Shown: one piece after another, positions 1-10,827 of the stretch
Layout of the letters: each line of letters starts with the position of its first letter
How positions within the stretch are numbered: the stretch's first letter is position 1
NCBI GenBank assembly: GCA_017617725.1
Contig: JAFZVR010000030.1
Span: forward strand, 1 to 56,625
DNA length: 56,625 nt
Origin: Prevotella sp.
GTDB taxonomy: Bacteria; Bacteroidota; Bacteroidia; Bacteroidales; Bacteroidaceae
Direction: 5' to 3'
The notes under the pieces: model-generated
The model's input: the letters and a program-made list of their open reading frames with translations, nothing else
What the model was told of the DNA's origin: nothing
Database searches by the model: none
Position numbers and translations under genes: made by a program

Positions 1-300
1 ATGGCTCAGGAGGCTGTCAGACAAAGCGATAAGGTGATTATCACCAGTGATAATCCTCGTTTTGAAGACCCACAGGTAATCATAAATGATATGCTTGAGG
101 GACTGAATACACAGCAACGCCGTAAGGTCATCACTATTGTCGACCGTCGCGAGGCAATCCGTGCTGCAGCGATGATGGCAGAAAAGGGTGATGTCATTCT
201 CATTGCAGGTAAAGGTCATGAAGACTATCAGGAGATAGAGGGAGTCAAGCACCATTTCGATGACCATGAGGTAGTACGTGAAGTGATAGCTAACGCATAA
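1..300 (+). CDS. murE: UDP-MurNAc-tripeptide synthetase, C-terminal fragment (5' end outside window)
   Basis: TSDNPRFE and [10 protein letters not shown] motifs; lies directly upstream of mraY. Confidence 0.95.
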   Translation: MAQEAVRQSDKVIITSDNPRFEDPQVIINDMLEGLNTQQRRKVITIVDRREAIRAAAMMAEKGDVILIAGKGHEDYQEIEGVKHHFDDHEVVREVIANA

Positions 301-302
301 TA

Positions 303-326
303 GTCAAATCGTCAAATCGTCAAATT
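303..326 (+). repeat. 8-bp tandem repeat (GTCAAATC) x3
   Basis: gtcaaatc gtcaaatc gtcaaatt between murE and mraY. Confidence 0.8.
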
Positions 327-331
327 AAATA

Positions 332-1642
332 ATGCTGTACTATATTTTCCGTTTTCTCAGTCAGTTTGGCATCAGTGGTTCCCACATGTGGAGCTACATC
401 TCGTTCCGTGCACTCCTTGCACTGATTGTAGCCTTGATTATTTCAATGTGGTTTGGTGAACGTTACATCAAATGGATGAAGCGTAAGAACATTGAAGAAA
501 CACAGCGTGACACAACGTTAGACCCCTTCGGGGTAGCAAAGAAGGGTGTGCCGTCTATGGGAGGCATCATTATCATCGTGGCAATACTTGTGCCGGCATT
601 GCTTCTCGGGCGCATGCGTAATATCTATCTCATACTGATGATAATCACTACGGTATGGCTCGGTTTTCTTGGTTTCCTTGATGACTATATCAAGATATTC
701 CGGAAGAATAAAGACGGTCTGAAGGGGAAATACAAGATCGTAGGACAGGTGTCTATCGGTCTTATTGTCGGTCTGGTATTATGGATGAGTCCTGATGCTG
801 TCGTGCGCGAGAATATGGAGATACAGCACCAGGGTAATAAGATGGAGGTCGTGCATAAGTCAGAACCGGTGAAATCGCTGAAGACAACTATTCCGTTTGT
901 CAAGAACCACAATCTGGACTATGCTCAGATATTCTCCTTCTTGGGTAAATATAAGAATGCTGCAGGATGGATACTCTTTGTGATGATGACTATACTTGTT
1001 GTGACAGCAGTGTCAAATGGTGCTAACCTTAACGACGGTCTCGATGGCATGTGTGCAGGCAACTCTGCCATAATAGGTGTGGCATTAGGCATATTGGCCT
1101 ACGTCAGTGGTCACGTGGAATATGCCGCTTATTTTAATATAATGTATATACCTGGTTCTGAGGAACTGGTAATCTTCATCTGTGCCTTCGTCGGTGCGAT
1201 GATTGGATTCCTGTGGTATAACTCGTATCCGGCACAGGTGTTTATGGGTGACACCGGAAGCCTGATGATAGGCGGTATCATCGGTGTATGTGCCGTTATA
1301 ATACATAAGGAGTTGTTGGTGCCCATCCTCTGCGGCGTATTCCTTGTAGAGAGTCTAAGTGTTATTCTGCAGGCTACATATCCGCGCTATCATAAGAAGA
1401 TATGTAAGCTGCGCCGTAAGCCAGTGGAGAATGTAAGGCCGTTCCGTGCAACACCTATCCATGACACCTTCCGTAAGACAGATGCTGATGTGGAGAAGGT
1501 GACGACGCGTTACCATGTTGACCGCATCATATTCTATAAATGGCCGCGACGACCATTCCATGAGGTGACAGTAACCAATCGTTTCTGGATTGTAACCATT
1601 ATTTTAGCAGCGTTGTCCATAATAACACTGAAGATAAGATAA
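332..1642 (+). CDS. mraY: Phospho-N-acetylmuramoyl-pentapeptide transferase
   Basis: PSMGG, GFLDDY, SNGANLNDGLDG and FMGDTGS motifs; multiple TM segments; dcw context. Confidence 0.97.
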   Translation: MLYYIFRFLSQFGISGSHMWSYISFRALLALIVALIISMWFGERYIKWMKRKNIEETQRDTTLDPFGVAKKGVPSMGGIIIIVAILVPALLLGRMRNIYLILMIITTVWLGFLGFLDDYIKIFRKNKDGLKGKYKIVGQVSIGLIVGLVLWMSPDAVVRENMEIQHQGNKMEVVHKSEPVKSLKTTIPFVKNHNLDYAQIFSFLGKYKNAAGWILFVMMTILVVTAVSNGANLNDGLDGMCAGNSAIIGVALGILAYVSGHVEYAAYFNIMYIPGSEELVIFICAFVGAMIGFLWYNSYPAQVFMGDTGSLMIGGIIGVCAVIIHKELLVPILCGVFLVESLSVILQATYPRYHKKICKLRRKPVENVRPFRATPIHDTFRKTDADVEKVTTRYHVDRIIFYKWPRRPFHEVTVTNRFWIVTIILAALSIITLKIR

Positions 1643-1646
1643 AAAG

Positions 1647-2978
1647 ATGAAAAGAATAGTAGTATTAGGAGCAGGAGAAAGTGGTGCCGGAGCAGCTGTT
1701 CTAGCCAAGAAAGAAGGATTCGATGTGTTTGTATCAGATATGTCGGCAATAAAGGAGCATTATAAGAAGATGCTCGATGAACGCGGCATAGAATGGGAAG
1801 AGAAGCAGCATACCCCAGATAAAATCCTCAATGCCGACGAGGTGATAAAAAGTCCGGGAATCCCTGATAATGCTCCCATGGTGCAGCAGCTGATAGCCCA
1901 GGGCACGCCGATAATCAGTGAGATAGAATTCGCAAGTCGCTATACTGATTCCAAGATGATATGTATCACGGGTTCTAATGGTAAGACCACAACGACCTCC
2001 CTTATATATCATATCTTCAAGGAGGCGGGATACGATGCCGGTCTTGCTGGTAACATCGGTCATTCATTGGCCCTGCAGGTCGCGGAGGAACCACACGAAT
2101 ACTATATCATTGAGCTCAGCTCTTTCCAACTTGATAATATGTATGACTTCCGTGCCAACATAGCGATTCTGCTCAATATAACCCCAGACCACCTCGACCG
2201 TTACGATAACTGCATGCAGAATTATGTGGATTCAAAGATGCGTATCATCCAGAATCAGACCGCGGATGACTCATTCATCTATTGGAAGGACGATCCAATA
2301 ATCAAACGAGAACTGGAGAAATATGACATCAAGGCTGTGCAATATCCGTTTTCCGAGCTGAAAGAGGTCGGTTCCATCGGATATATTGAAGAAGGACGCT
2401 ACACCCTCGAACAGCCTACACCGTTCAATATGGAACAGGAAGAGCTGTCGCTAACAGGAAAACATAATATCTATAATTCTCTGGCTGCAGGCCTGGCGGC
2501 AAATATCAGTGGTATAAAGAAGGAAAATATCCGTCAGAGCCTTAGTAACTTCCCAGGCGTAGAACATCGTCTTGAGAAAGTATGTAAGGTTGGTGGAGTA
2601 CAGTATATCAATGACTCCAAGGCCACTAATGTGGATGCCTGCTGGTATGCTCTTGAGAGTATGACAACACCGACGATACTTATCATTGGCGGTAAAGACA
2701 AGGGAAATGACTATGAGCCAATCAAAGAACTGGTAAAGACGAAGTGCAAAGCATTGGTATTTCTTGGTGCCGACAATGCCAAGTTACATAAAAACTTCGA
2801 TGGAATGGGTGTTACCATCTGTGATACGCATTCTATGAAGGACTGTGTGAAAGCGTGCTACGAATTGGCAGAACCTGGCGATACCGTCCTCCTTAGCCCC
2901 TGCTGTGCATCATTCGACCTGTTCAAGAATATGGAGGATCGTGGTGAACAATTCAAGGAACTCGTAAGAAATCTATAA
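1647..2978 (+). CDS. murD: UDP-MurNAc-L-Ala--D-glutamate ligase
   Basis: GAGESG, ITGSNGKTTT, ELSSFQL, NDSKATN and SPCCASFD motifs. Confidence 0.97.
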   Translation: MKRIVVLGAGESGAGAAVLAKKEGFDVFVSDMSAIKEHYKKMLDERGIEWEEKQHTPDKILNADEVIKSPGIPDNAPMVQQLIAQGTPIISEIEFASRYTDSKMICITGSNGKTTTTSLIYHIFKEAGYDAGLAGNIGHSLALQVAEEPHEYYIIELSSFQLDNMYDFRANIAILLNITPDHLDRYDNCMQNYVDSKMRIIQNQTADDSFIYWKDDPIIKRELEKYDIKAVQYPFSELKEVGSIGYIEEGRYTLEQPTPFNMEQEELSLTGKHNIYNSLAAGLAANISGIKKENIRQSLSNFPGVEHRLEKVCKVGGVQYINDSKATNVDACWYALESMTTPTILIIGGKDKGNDYEPIKELVKTKCKALVFLGADNAKLHKNFDGMGVTICDTHSMKDCVKACYELAEPGDTVLLSPCCASFDLFKNMEDRGEQFKELVRNL

Positions 2979-2980
2979 TC

Positions 2981-3047
2981 AGAACACTAGGAAGACTAAG
3001 AACACTAGGAATACTAGGAGTGCTAGGAATACTAGGAATACTCAGAA
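2981..3047 (+). repeat. Degenerate 9-bp tandem repeat (GAATACTAG-like) x7
   Basis: gaacactag gaagactaa gaacactag gaatactag gagtgctag gaatactag gaatactca. Confidence 0.8.
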
Positions 3048-3053
3048 TAAACA

Positions 3054-4334
3054 ATGAACAAAAGTCTCAGCAATATATTCAAGGGTGATAAGGTCATATG
3101 GATGATATTCTTCTTCCTCTGTATGGTCAGCATCATCGAGGTCTATTCGGCTTCGAGCTCGCTGTCGTATAAGGGTGGCGACTATTGGAACCCTATCATC
3201 CGTCACAGCTTATTCCTTGCATTTGGTACTCTCTTGATGGTTGTCATCCTGAATATTAAATGTAAATATTTCAAACTGGCAACACCCATACTGTTACTTT
3301 TTTCCTTTATAACACTGCTATGGGTACTTGTGGCCGGACAGACTACCAATGGTGCTAATCGCTGGATAAGTATTATTGGTTTCCAGTTCCAGCCCTCAGA
3401 GATAGCCAAGGGAGCACTCGTCCTCGCTGTGGCACAGATTCTCAGTGCAATGCAGACAGATCGTGGTGCTGACAGGAAGGCATTCAAATACATCCTTGTT
3501 GTCTGTGCGTTTCTTGTGGGCCCGATAATGCTTGAGAACCTTTCTACGGCAATGTTGATATGTGCCACTGTGGTATTGATGATGTTTATCGGACGTGTGC
3601 CGTTGGACCAAATCGGGAAATTACTTGGCACTGTACTCCTTGCTGTAGTCCTTATGGTGGCAGTGATTATGGCTGTCGGCCGTGATACTACACCTCCACC
3701 AACAGCGGAAACGGCTGAGCAAACACTCACAGAAGTGACAGTGGAGGAAAAGCCATCATCAGGATTCTTTGATAAGATGTTTCACCGTGCTGACACATGG
3801 AAGGCGCGTATTTTAAGATTTTTCAGTAGTGAAGAATTCTCGCCGGAGGAGTTTGACCTTGATAAGGATGCACAGATAGCACATGCCAATATCGCCATTG
3901 CCACCTCGAATGTGGTGGGTAAAGGACCGGGAAACAGCACTGAGCGCGATTTCTTGTCTCAGGCATTCTCCGACTTTATCTATGCCATTATCATCGAAGA
4001 AATGGGCATTATTGGTGCTACATGTGTTGCTTTGCTCTATATCTTTCTGCTCTTCCGTACAGGAAGGATTGCCAATCGTTGTGAGAATGCTTTTCCTGCA
4101 TTCCTTGCCATGGGCATCGCATTACTGTTGGTCGTACAAGCATTGTTCAATATGCTTGTTGCCGTAGGCCTGGCACCCGTGACTGGTCAGCCGTTACCTC
4201 TCATCAGCCGTGGCGGTACTTCAACGATTATCAACTGTATATATATCGGTGTAATCCTAAGTATTAGCCGTTCTGCAAAGCGTAAGGACGGAAAAATGCA
4301 GGATGATGTTGAGTTGGTATCGACTTTTGCATAA
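3054..4334 (+). CDS. ftsW: FtsW/RodA/SpoVE SEDS peptidoglycan glycosyltransferase
   Basis: GANRWI, FQPSEIAK, SDFIYAIIIEE and PVTGQPLPLISRGGTS motifs; between murD and murG. Confidence 0.95.
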   Translation: MNKSLSNIFKGDKVIWMIFFFLCMVSIIEVYSASSSLSYKGGDYWNPIIRHSLFLAFGTLLMVVILNIKCKYFKLATPILLLFSFITLLWVLVAGQTTNGANRWISIIGFQFQPSEIAKGALVLAVAQILSAMQTDRGADRKAFKYILVVCAFLVGPIMLENLSTAMLICATVVLMMFIGRVPLDQIGKLLGTVLLAVVLMVAVIMAVGRDTTPPPTAETAEQTLTEVTVEEKPSSGFFDKMFHRADTWKARILRFFSSEEFSPEEFDLDKDAQIAHANIAIATSNVVGKGPGNSTERDFLSQAFSDFIYAIIIEEMGIIGATCVALLYIFLLFRTGRIANRCENAFPAFLAMGIALLLVVQALFNMLVAVGLAPVTGQPLPLISRGGTSTIINCIYIGVILSISRSAKRKDGKMQDDVELVSTFA

Positions 4335-4418
4335 TCTAAAAGAAAAAAAAGACTCAAGATATTGAGGTGATGATATATTTTTTGAGTACTTTTGCACATT
4401 ATTATATATAGGAAAACG

Positions 4419-5534
4419 ATGAACGAGAAGCTAAGAGTCATCATCAGCGGAGGCGGAACAGGCGGACATATCTTTCCTGCCGTGTCTATCGCTAATTCCA
4501 TCAAGGCGAAATGTCCTGATGCCGAGATATTATTCGTCGGTGCAGAGGGACGTATGGAGATGCAGCGCGTACCGGCAGCGGGCTATGAGATAAAAGGCCT
4601 TCCAATCTGTGGCTTCGACCGTAAAAACCTGCTGAAAAATATCTCTGTGCTCTTCAAGATATGGAAGAGCCAGAGGATGGCAAAACAGATTATCAAAGAC
4701 TTCCGTCCGATGGTAGCTGTTGGTGTTGGCGGCTATGCCAGTGGTCCTACGCTCAATAAGGCTGCTTCGATGGGTATTCCATGTCTTATACAGGAGCAGA
4801 ACAGCTATGCAGGCGTTACCAACAAGCTTCTTGCAAAGAAGGCTGCAAAGATTTGTGTTGCTTATGAGGGTATGGAGCGTTTCTTCCCGGCTAATAAGAT
4901 TATCATGACCGGTAATCCCGTGCGACAGAATGTCCTTCAGTGCGAGATAACGCAGCAGGAGGCTCGACGTGCGATGGGAATGTCGCCCGACAAAAAGACG
5001 ATACTCCTCGTCGGTGGTAGCCTCGGTGCACGTACCATCAATGAGAGTATCCTTCAGCATCTCGACATGGTAAAGGCTTCTGATATACAGTTTGTCTGGC
5101 AGACAGGAAAGTACTACTATGCTGCTATTATGGAGCAAATGCAGAAATACGGTCCATTGCCAAACCTTAAAGTGACAGATTTTATCGGTGATATGGGAGC
5201 GGCATACAAGGCTGCCGACCTCGTTATCAGTCGTGCCGGTGCAAGCAGTATCAGTGAGTTCTGTCTCATCGGTAAGCCCGTCATTCTGGTGCCCAGCCCT
5301 AATGTGGCGGAAGATCACCAGACAAAGAATGCAATGGCACTCGTCAACAAGGATGCTGCACTGTATGTGAAAGACTCAGAAGCGCCGGCAATCCTTCTCA
5401 AGACCGCACTTGCTACAATCAGTGACGAACAAAAACTGGCATCACTAAGCGAGAATATTCTGAAACTGGGTCTGAAAGACTCTGCCGACATTATCGCCGA
5501 TGAAGTGATAAAACTCAGCAAGTCCGCCCATTAA
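4419..5534 (+). CDS. murG: Undecaprenyl-PP-MurNAc-pentapeptide GlcNAc transferase
   Basis: GGGTGGH, EQNS, GNPVR, GGSLGA, SRAGAS and HQTKNA motifs; start moved to ATG 4419 because TTG 4392 lies inside a TACTTTTG promoter-like element. Confidence 0.96.
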   Translation: MNEKLRVIISGGGTGGHIFPAVSIANSIKAKCPDAEILFVGAEGRMEMQRVPAAGYEIKGLPICGFDRKNLLKNISVLFKIWKSQRMAKQIIKDFRPMVAVGVGGYASGPTLNKAASMGIPCLIQEQNSYAGVTNKLLAKKAAKICVAYEGMERFFPANKIIMTGNPVRQNVLQCEITQQEARRAMGMSPDKKTILLVGGSLGARTINESILQHLDMVKASDIQFVWQTGKYYYAAIMEQMQKYGPLPNLKVTDFIGDMGAAYKAADLVISRAGASSISEFCLIGKPVILVPSPNVAEDHQTKNAMALVNKDAALYVKDSEAPAILLKTALATISDEQKLASLSENILKLGLKDSADIIADEVIKLSKSAH

Positions 5535-5573
5535 CCTCATAATGCCCATCAGGCCCAAAACAAAGAAAGAATA

Positions 5574-6947
5574 ATGGAACTAAAAGATATCAAAGCCGTA
5601 TATTTTATCGGTGCAGGGGGCATCGGTATGAGTGCTATAGCACGCTATTTCCTCCATCAGGGAATGGTGGTAGCAGGCTATGACAAGACGCCAACGGACC
5701 TGACACGCCAGCTGGAGAAGGAGGGTGCGCTAATACATTACGAAGAGAATGTAGAACTCATTCCGCGTGCGTGTCGCCAGGCAGAGAAGACTCTCGTGAT
5801 ATACACTCCTGCCATCCCTGCAGAACATAAAGAGCTTGTCTTCTTCAGACAAAACGGTTTTGAGATACAGAAACGCGCACAGGTGCTGGGGACACTGACA
5901 CGCACCCACAAGGGACTATGTGTGGCAGGTACACATGGAAAGACCTCTACGTCAACGATGTGTGCACATATCATGCACCAGAGCAATGTTGACTGTAACG
6001 CCTTCCTCGGAGGAATATCAAAGAACTACGGTACAAACTATATACTGTCAAAATCGGACTATGTTGTTATAGAGGCCGATGAGTTTGACCGCTCTTTCCA
6101 CTGGCTACGCCCGTGGATGACAGTCATCACAGCTACAGATCCCGACCACCTCGATATATATGGTACTAAGGATGCCTACTTGGAGAGTTTCCGACACTAT
6201 ACCACTCTCATCCAACCAGGCGGAGCACTTATTATCCACCGTGACCTGGAGATGAAGTCCGATGTACAGGAAGGTGTCCGTGTATTTGACTACAGCCTCA
6301 ACGAGGGCGATTTCCATGCTGAGAATATCCGTATTGAAGGTGGTGAAATCACATTCGACTTCATCTCTCCTATAGAGAATGTTACGAATGTGCAACTCGG
6401 ACAGCCCGTACCGATAAATATTGAGAATGGTGTGGCAGCAATGGCAATGGCACAGCTTAATGGTTGTAACGCTGAGGAGCTGCGCTACGGCATGAAGACC
6501 TACGAGGGTGTTGACCGACGCTTTGACTTCCGTCTGCGCAATGAGCGTCATGTGGTACTCTCCGACTATGCCCATCATCCGCAGGAGATATACCAGAGTG
6601 CCAAGAGCATGCGTGAGCTCTATAGTGACCGTAAGATTACAGCAATCTTCCAGCCGCACCTCTACACTCGTACTCGCGACTTCTATCGTGAGTTTGCCGA
6701 GGCCCTTAGCCAACTCGATGAGGTAATCCTCACGGAGATATATCCAGCACGTGAACTTCCGATTGAAGGTGTCACGTCACAGCTGATATATGATAACCTT
6801 GCACCTGGGGTTGAGAAGGCAATCATCCGAAAAGATGATGTACTCGACTATGTGCGCAGTCGCGATTTCGATGTTCTGATAATCCTTGGTGCCGGTGACC
6901 TTGATAACTATACTGATGCGATAGCAGAAGTGGTGAATAGTAAGTGA
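5574..6947 (+). CDS. murC: UDP-MurNAc--L-alanine ligase
   Basis: GAGGIGMS, AGTHGKTST, EADEFDRSF, DYAHHP and FQPHLYTRT motifs. Confidence 0.97.
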   Translation: MELKDIKAVYFIGAGGIGMSAIARYFLHQGMVVAGYDKTPTDLTRQLEKEGALIHYEENVELIPRACRQAEKTLVIYTPAIPAEHKELVFFRQNGFEIQKRAQVLGTLTRTHKGLCVAGTHGKTSTSTMCAHIMHQSNVDCNAFLGGISKNYGTNYILSKSDYVVIEADEFDRSFHWLRPWMTVITATDPDHLDIYGTKDAYLESFRHYTTLIQPGGALIIHRDLEMKSDVQEGVRVFDYSLNEGDFHAENIRIEGGEITFDFISPIENVTNVQLGQPVPINIENGVAAMAMAQLNGCNAEELRYGMKTYEGVDRRFDFRLRNERHVVLSDYAHHPQEIYQSAKSMRELYSDRKITAIFQPHLYTRTRDFYREFAEALSQLDEVILTEIYPARELPIEGVTSQLIYDNLAPGVEKAIIRKDDVLDYVRSRDFDVLIILGAGDLDNYTDAIAEVVNSK

Positions 6948-7012
6948 TGAGAGGTAAGAGGAAAGTATGAAGTGTTAAGTGGCCTGCCGCGGCAGACGTT
7001 AAAGAAAAGACA

Positions 7013-7801
7013 ATGACGATAAACTGGAAATCAATACTCTATGTAGCCTTAGACATCATACTCGGTGTCTACCTTGTTGCAGCCATGACCTCATTCAATA
7101 ATCCGGATGAGAAAGCGGTAGTGTGTAATAAGGTTGATATTCGTATCGGGGGCGCACAGAGTGCCGGTTTCCTCTCTACCGTTGAGGTGAAAAACCTCAT
7201 GCAGAAGAAAGGTCTCTATCCGCTCAATAAACCGATGGCATCAGTCAATCCACGTACCATCGAGGATTTACTCAAATGCAGTCCTTTCGTGCAGACAGCA
7301 GAATGCTACAAGACAAAGGATGGTCATGTGTGTATCACGATTACTCAGCGTCTGCCCATCGTACGTATCAAGAGCGATAGCGGTGCAGACTACTACCTCG
7401 ATGATAATGGTGGTATCATGCCTAATTCAGCATATACCAGTGACCTCATCATTGCTACGGGACATATCAACAACTGGTTTGCCGGAAACTATATCACTCC
7501 GTTAACGAAGGCTATTATGGCATCACCGTTGTGGAACAATCAGGTGGAACAGATCAATGTATTGCCTGACCTTGGAATAGAGATAGTACCTCGCGTAGGA
7601 GAACACGTGGTATTCTTAGGCTATCTGCCACAATATAAGGATACGGCGAAACGACAGAAAGAGATAAAGAAGTTCGTGGAAAAGAAGTTTACCCGACTGG
7701 AGAAATTCTATCGCTATGGTCTGTCAAAAGCAGGCTGGAATAAATACTCATATATCAGTCTGGAGTTCGACAACCAGATTATCTGCAAGAAGAAATCGTA
7801 A
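7013..7801 (+). CDS. ftsQ: Cell division protein FtsQ (Bacteroidota type)
   Basis: N-terminal TM segment, POTRA-like region, QRLPIVR, C-terminal YSYISLEFDNQIICKK; between murC and ftsA. Confidence 0.85.
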   Translation: MTINWKSILYVALDIILGVYLVAAMTSFNNPDEKAVVCNKVDIRIGGAQSAGFLSTVEVKNLMQKKGLYPLNKPMASVNPRTIEDLLKCSPFVQTAECYKTKDGHVCITITQRLPIVRIKSDSGADYYLDDNGGIMPNSAYTSDLIIATGHINNWFAGNYITPLTKAIMASPLWNNQVEQINVLPDLGIEIVPRVGEHVVFLGYLPQYKDTAKRQKEIKKFVEKKFTRLEKFYRYGLSKAGWNKYSYISLEFDNQIICKKKS

Positions 7802-7837
7802 TCGCAACATAACGAAATAACGAAAAAATAAATAAGG

Positions 7838-9301
7838 ATGGCAGTAAAAGAATTCATCGTAGCCATTGAATTAGGCTCATCGAAAATCACAGGTATCGCC
7901 GGCAAGAAGAACCTTGACGGTAGTATCTCGGTGCTTGCCGTTGTTAAGGAAGACGCCTCACAGTGCATCCGCAAGGGCGTAGTCTATAATATCGACAAGA
8001 CAGCACAGTGCTTAACCAACATCATCACTAAGCTGAAAGCACAGCTTAAAAGTGAGATCTCTCATGTTTACGTAGGTGTCGGAGGACAGTCTATACGTAG
8101 TATACGCAACGAAATTGTTAAGGAACTGCCTGCGGAGACTATCATCACAACAGAGATGATCAATGAGCTGATGGATGGCAACCGCACTATGAGCTACCCA
8201 GAGCAGGAGATTCTTGATGCTGCAACACAGGAATATAAGGTTGATAACCAGTATCAACTCGATCCTGTAGGTATCAAGGCAAGCCGTCTGCAGGGTAACT
8301 TCCTGAATATACTCTGGCGTAAGCTCTTCTACAACAACCTCAACAACTGCTTCGACAAGGCAGGAATAGCTGTTGCAGAGATGTATCTTGCGCCACAGGC
8401 TCTTGCCGATGCTGTCCTTAACGAATCTGAGAAACGAGGAGGATGTGTCCTCGTTGACCTCGGTGCCGACACGACAACCGTCAGCGTATATCATAAGAAT
8501 GTGCTGCGTCACCTCGCCGTTATCCCACTCGGTGGAAGCAATATCACCAAGGATATAGCCTCACTGCAGATGGAGGAACGCGATGCAGAGCGTATGAAGC
8601 TACGCTATGCGAGTGCTTTCACGGATAACAGTGAAATTGACAACGCCCTTAACTATCCGATCGATCAGGAACGCTCTGTGGAGAGTCGCAAGTTCGTGGA
8701 GATTGTAGAGGCCCGTCTGACGGAGATTATCGATAATGTATGGCATCAGGTGCCATCGGAATATGCAGACAAACTACTTGGCGGAATAATTTTGACGGGT
8801 GGCGGCTCTAATATGAAGAATATCGAGAAGGCGTTCCGTAATATCACGCATGTCGATAAGATTCGTATTGCCACATTCGTCAACCAGACAATTACATCGA
8901 GCCACGCTGATATCACAGTGCATAATGCTACGATGAACACGGTGCTTGGCCTCCTTGCCAAGGGCGATATCAACTGCGCAGGACCTGAGATAAATAACAA
9001 CCGTGATATGTTTGACTCAGAACAGGTTACTGTTAAGCAGACAACAACAGCCGACCTCCATGACACTCCTCGTTCTGTGAGTGACATCAGTGGTAAGGGC
9101 GTCGTACTGACGCAGGCAGAGAAAGAACGTGCTGAGGAAGAGAAGCATCGTCGCGAAGAGGAAGAGCGTCAGAGACTCATTGAAGAGGAGGAACGTCGTC
9201 GTGCCGAGGAAGAGGAGCGTCGTAAGAACAGCTTATGGAACAAAGCATGGCGAGGAATGAAGAACTTCGGAAAAGCCATTATGGAGGCTGATGAAGAATA
9301 A
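7838..9301 (+). CDS. ftsA: Cell division protein FtsA
   Basis: IELGSSKI, VDLGADTT and LTGGGS actin-like motifs; charged linker then a C-terminal amphipathic helix. Confidence 0.95.
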   Translation: MAVKEFIVAIELGSSKITGIAGKKNLDGSISVLAVVKEDASQCIRKGVVYNIDKTAQCLTNIITKLKAQLKSEISHVYVGVGGQSIRSIRNEIVKELPAETIITTEMINELMDGNRTMSYPEQEILDAATQEYKVDNQYQLDPVGIKASRLQGNFLNILWRKLFYNNLNNCFDKAGIAVAEMYLAPQALADAVLNESEKRGGCVLVDLGADTTTVSVYHKNVLRHLAVIPLGGSNITKDIASLQMEERDAERMKLRYASAFTDNSEIDNALNYPIDQERSVESRKFVEIVEARLTEIIDNVWHQVPSEYADKLLGGIILTGGGSNMKNIEKAFRNITHVDKIRIATFVNQTITSSHADITVHNATMNTVLGLLAKGDINCAGPEINNNRDMFDSEQVTVKQTTTADLHDTPRSVSDISGKGVVLTQAEKERAEEEKHRREEEERQRLIEEEERRRAEEEERRKNSLWNKAWRGMKNFGKAIMEADEE

Positions 9302-9352
9302 AAGCTGACTAATTCCCCAAACGATTAAATAATAACCAATAAGAGAAAAGTT

Positions 9353-10660
9353 ATGCCATTAGATATATTAGACTTCGGTGAACCCGAGAAGAATAGCATC
9401 ATCAAAGTGATTGGTGTAGGCGGCGGTGGCGGCAATGCTGTTAACCACATGTACCGCGAAGGTATCCACGATGTATCATTCGTGTTGTGTAATACAGATA
9501 ATCAGGCTCTCAACGACTCTCCTGTGCCTGTTCACATCCAGTTAGGTAAGGAGGGACTCGGTGCTGGTAATAAACCGGAACGCGCACGTCAGGCAGCTGA
9601 GGAGACCATTGAGGATGTCACAAAGATGCTCAATGACGGCACTAAGATGGCTTTCATTACCGCAGGTATGGGTGGTGGTACCGGTACTGGTGCCGCACCT
9701 GTCATTGCTCGTGTAAGCAAGGAACTCGGTATCCTTACTGTCGGTATCGTTACCATCCCGTTCCGTTTTGAAGGTGACCGTAAGATAGACCAGGCTCTCG
9801 ATGGAGTAGAGGAGATGTCAAAGTATGTTGATGCCCTTCTCGTTATCAATAATGAACGTCTGCGTGAGATCTATCCTGACCTTACTGTCCTTGACGCCTT
9901 TGGCAAGGCCGACGATACCCTCTCTGTTGCTGCACGTTCCATAGCAGAGATTATCACTGTTCATGGTATTATCAATCTTGACTTCAATGATGTTAAGACA
10001 GTCCTGAAGGATGGTGGTGTTGCTATCATGTCCACGGGTTACGGTGAAGGTGAAGGTCGTGTAAAGCATGCTATCGAGGATGCTCTTAATTCTCCATTGC
10101 TCAATGAGAAAGACATCTATAACTCCAAGAAGATTCTTCTCTCCATCTCCTTCTCCAATGAGCGTGGTGAGAGCCAGACTCTTACTATGGATGAGATGAA
10201 TGATGTCAATGACTTCATGGGGCGCTTCGGCAGTGAGTTCGAGCTCAAATGGGGTCTTGCCGTTGATCCGGAACTTGGCAAGAAGGTCAAGGTGACGATT
10301 CTTGCCACTGGCTTCGGAATAGAGGACGTAGATGGTATGAACAGTCACATGAAGAAGCATACCGAGGAAGAGGCTCAGCGTTTGGCTGAGGAGGAAGAGC
10401 GCGCAGCAGAACGTCAGGATCGCCGCAACCGCTTCTATGGCCGTGATGCTAATAATATGCAGTATAAGCGTCGTCCACAGATATTCCGTTTCCGTCCAGA
10501 AGACCTCGATAACGAAGATGTCATCTTAGCTGTTGAGAATACGCCGACATACAAGCGTACAAAGCAGATGCTCAAGGAAATTCAGGCTATCAGCTCCAAT
10601 GAAGTGGCAAAGGAAGATGAGCCATCAGAAACAGTAGAAGGCGTCATCAGTTTTGTATAA
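9353..10660 (+). CDS. ftsZ: Cell division protein FtsZ
   Basis: GVGGGGGNAV, GMGGGTGTG tubulin signature and NLDFNDV. Confidence 0.98.
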   Translation: MPLDILDFGEPEKNSIIKVIGVGGGGGNAVNHMYREGIHDVSFVLCNTDNQALNDSPVPVHIQLGKEGLGAGNKPERARQAAEETIEDVTKMLNDGTKMAFITAGMGGGTGTGAAPVIARVSKELGILTVGIVTIPFRFEGDRKIDQALDGVEEMSKYVDALLVINNERLREIYPDLTVLDAFGKADDTLSVAARSIAEIITVHGIINLDFNDVKTVLKDGGVAIMSTGYGEGEGRVKHAIEDALNSPLLNEKDIYNSKKILLSISFSNERGESQTLTMDEMNDVNDFMGRFGSEFELKWGLAVDPELGKKVKVTILATGFGIEDVDGMNSHMKKHTEEEAQRLAEEEERAAERQDRRNRFYGRDANNMQYKRRPQIFRFRPEDLDNEDVILAVENTPTYKRTKQMLKEIQAISSNEVAKEDEPSETVEGVISFV

Positions 10661-10686
10661 GTAAAGTCTTTTAGGACCATATAATC

Positions 10687-10717
10687 AGCGAGGAGTGCAT
10701 TGTGCTCCTCGCTTTTC
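10687..10717 (+). terminator. Rho-independent terminator after ftsZ
   Basis: AGCGAGGAG...CTCCTCGCT stem followed by T residues. Confidence 0.8.
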
Positions 10718-10772
10718 TTGCTTCCTGTCTCTAATTTTTTATCAAAAAGTTAGTTTGTTTGCGGAAATTGTG

Positions 10773-10780
10773 TAATTTTG
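10773..10780 (+). promoter_or_regulatory. Bacteroidota -7 promoter element (TAnnTTTG) for ddh
   Basis: TAATTTTG about 50 bp upstream of the ddh ATG, with TTTG further upstream. Confidence 0.65.
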
Positions 10781-10827
10781 CATCCGAAAACAAGAAATTG
10801 CTGACAATTTAACCAAAACAATAGGGT

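Noticed and set aside
1380-1580. MraY loop insertion with PIHD in place of the HHH motif; charged FtsA tail
   Set aside because: Most likely lineage-level variation in housekeeping genes; no sign of a separate system.
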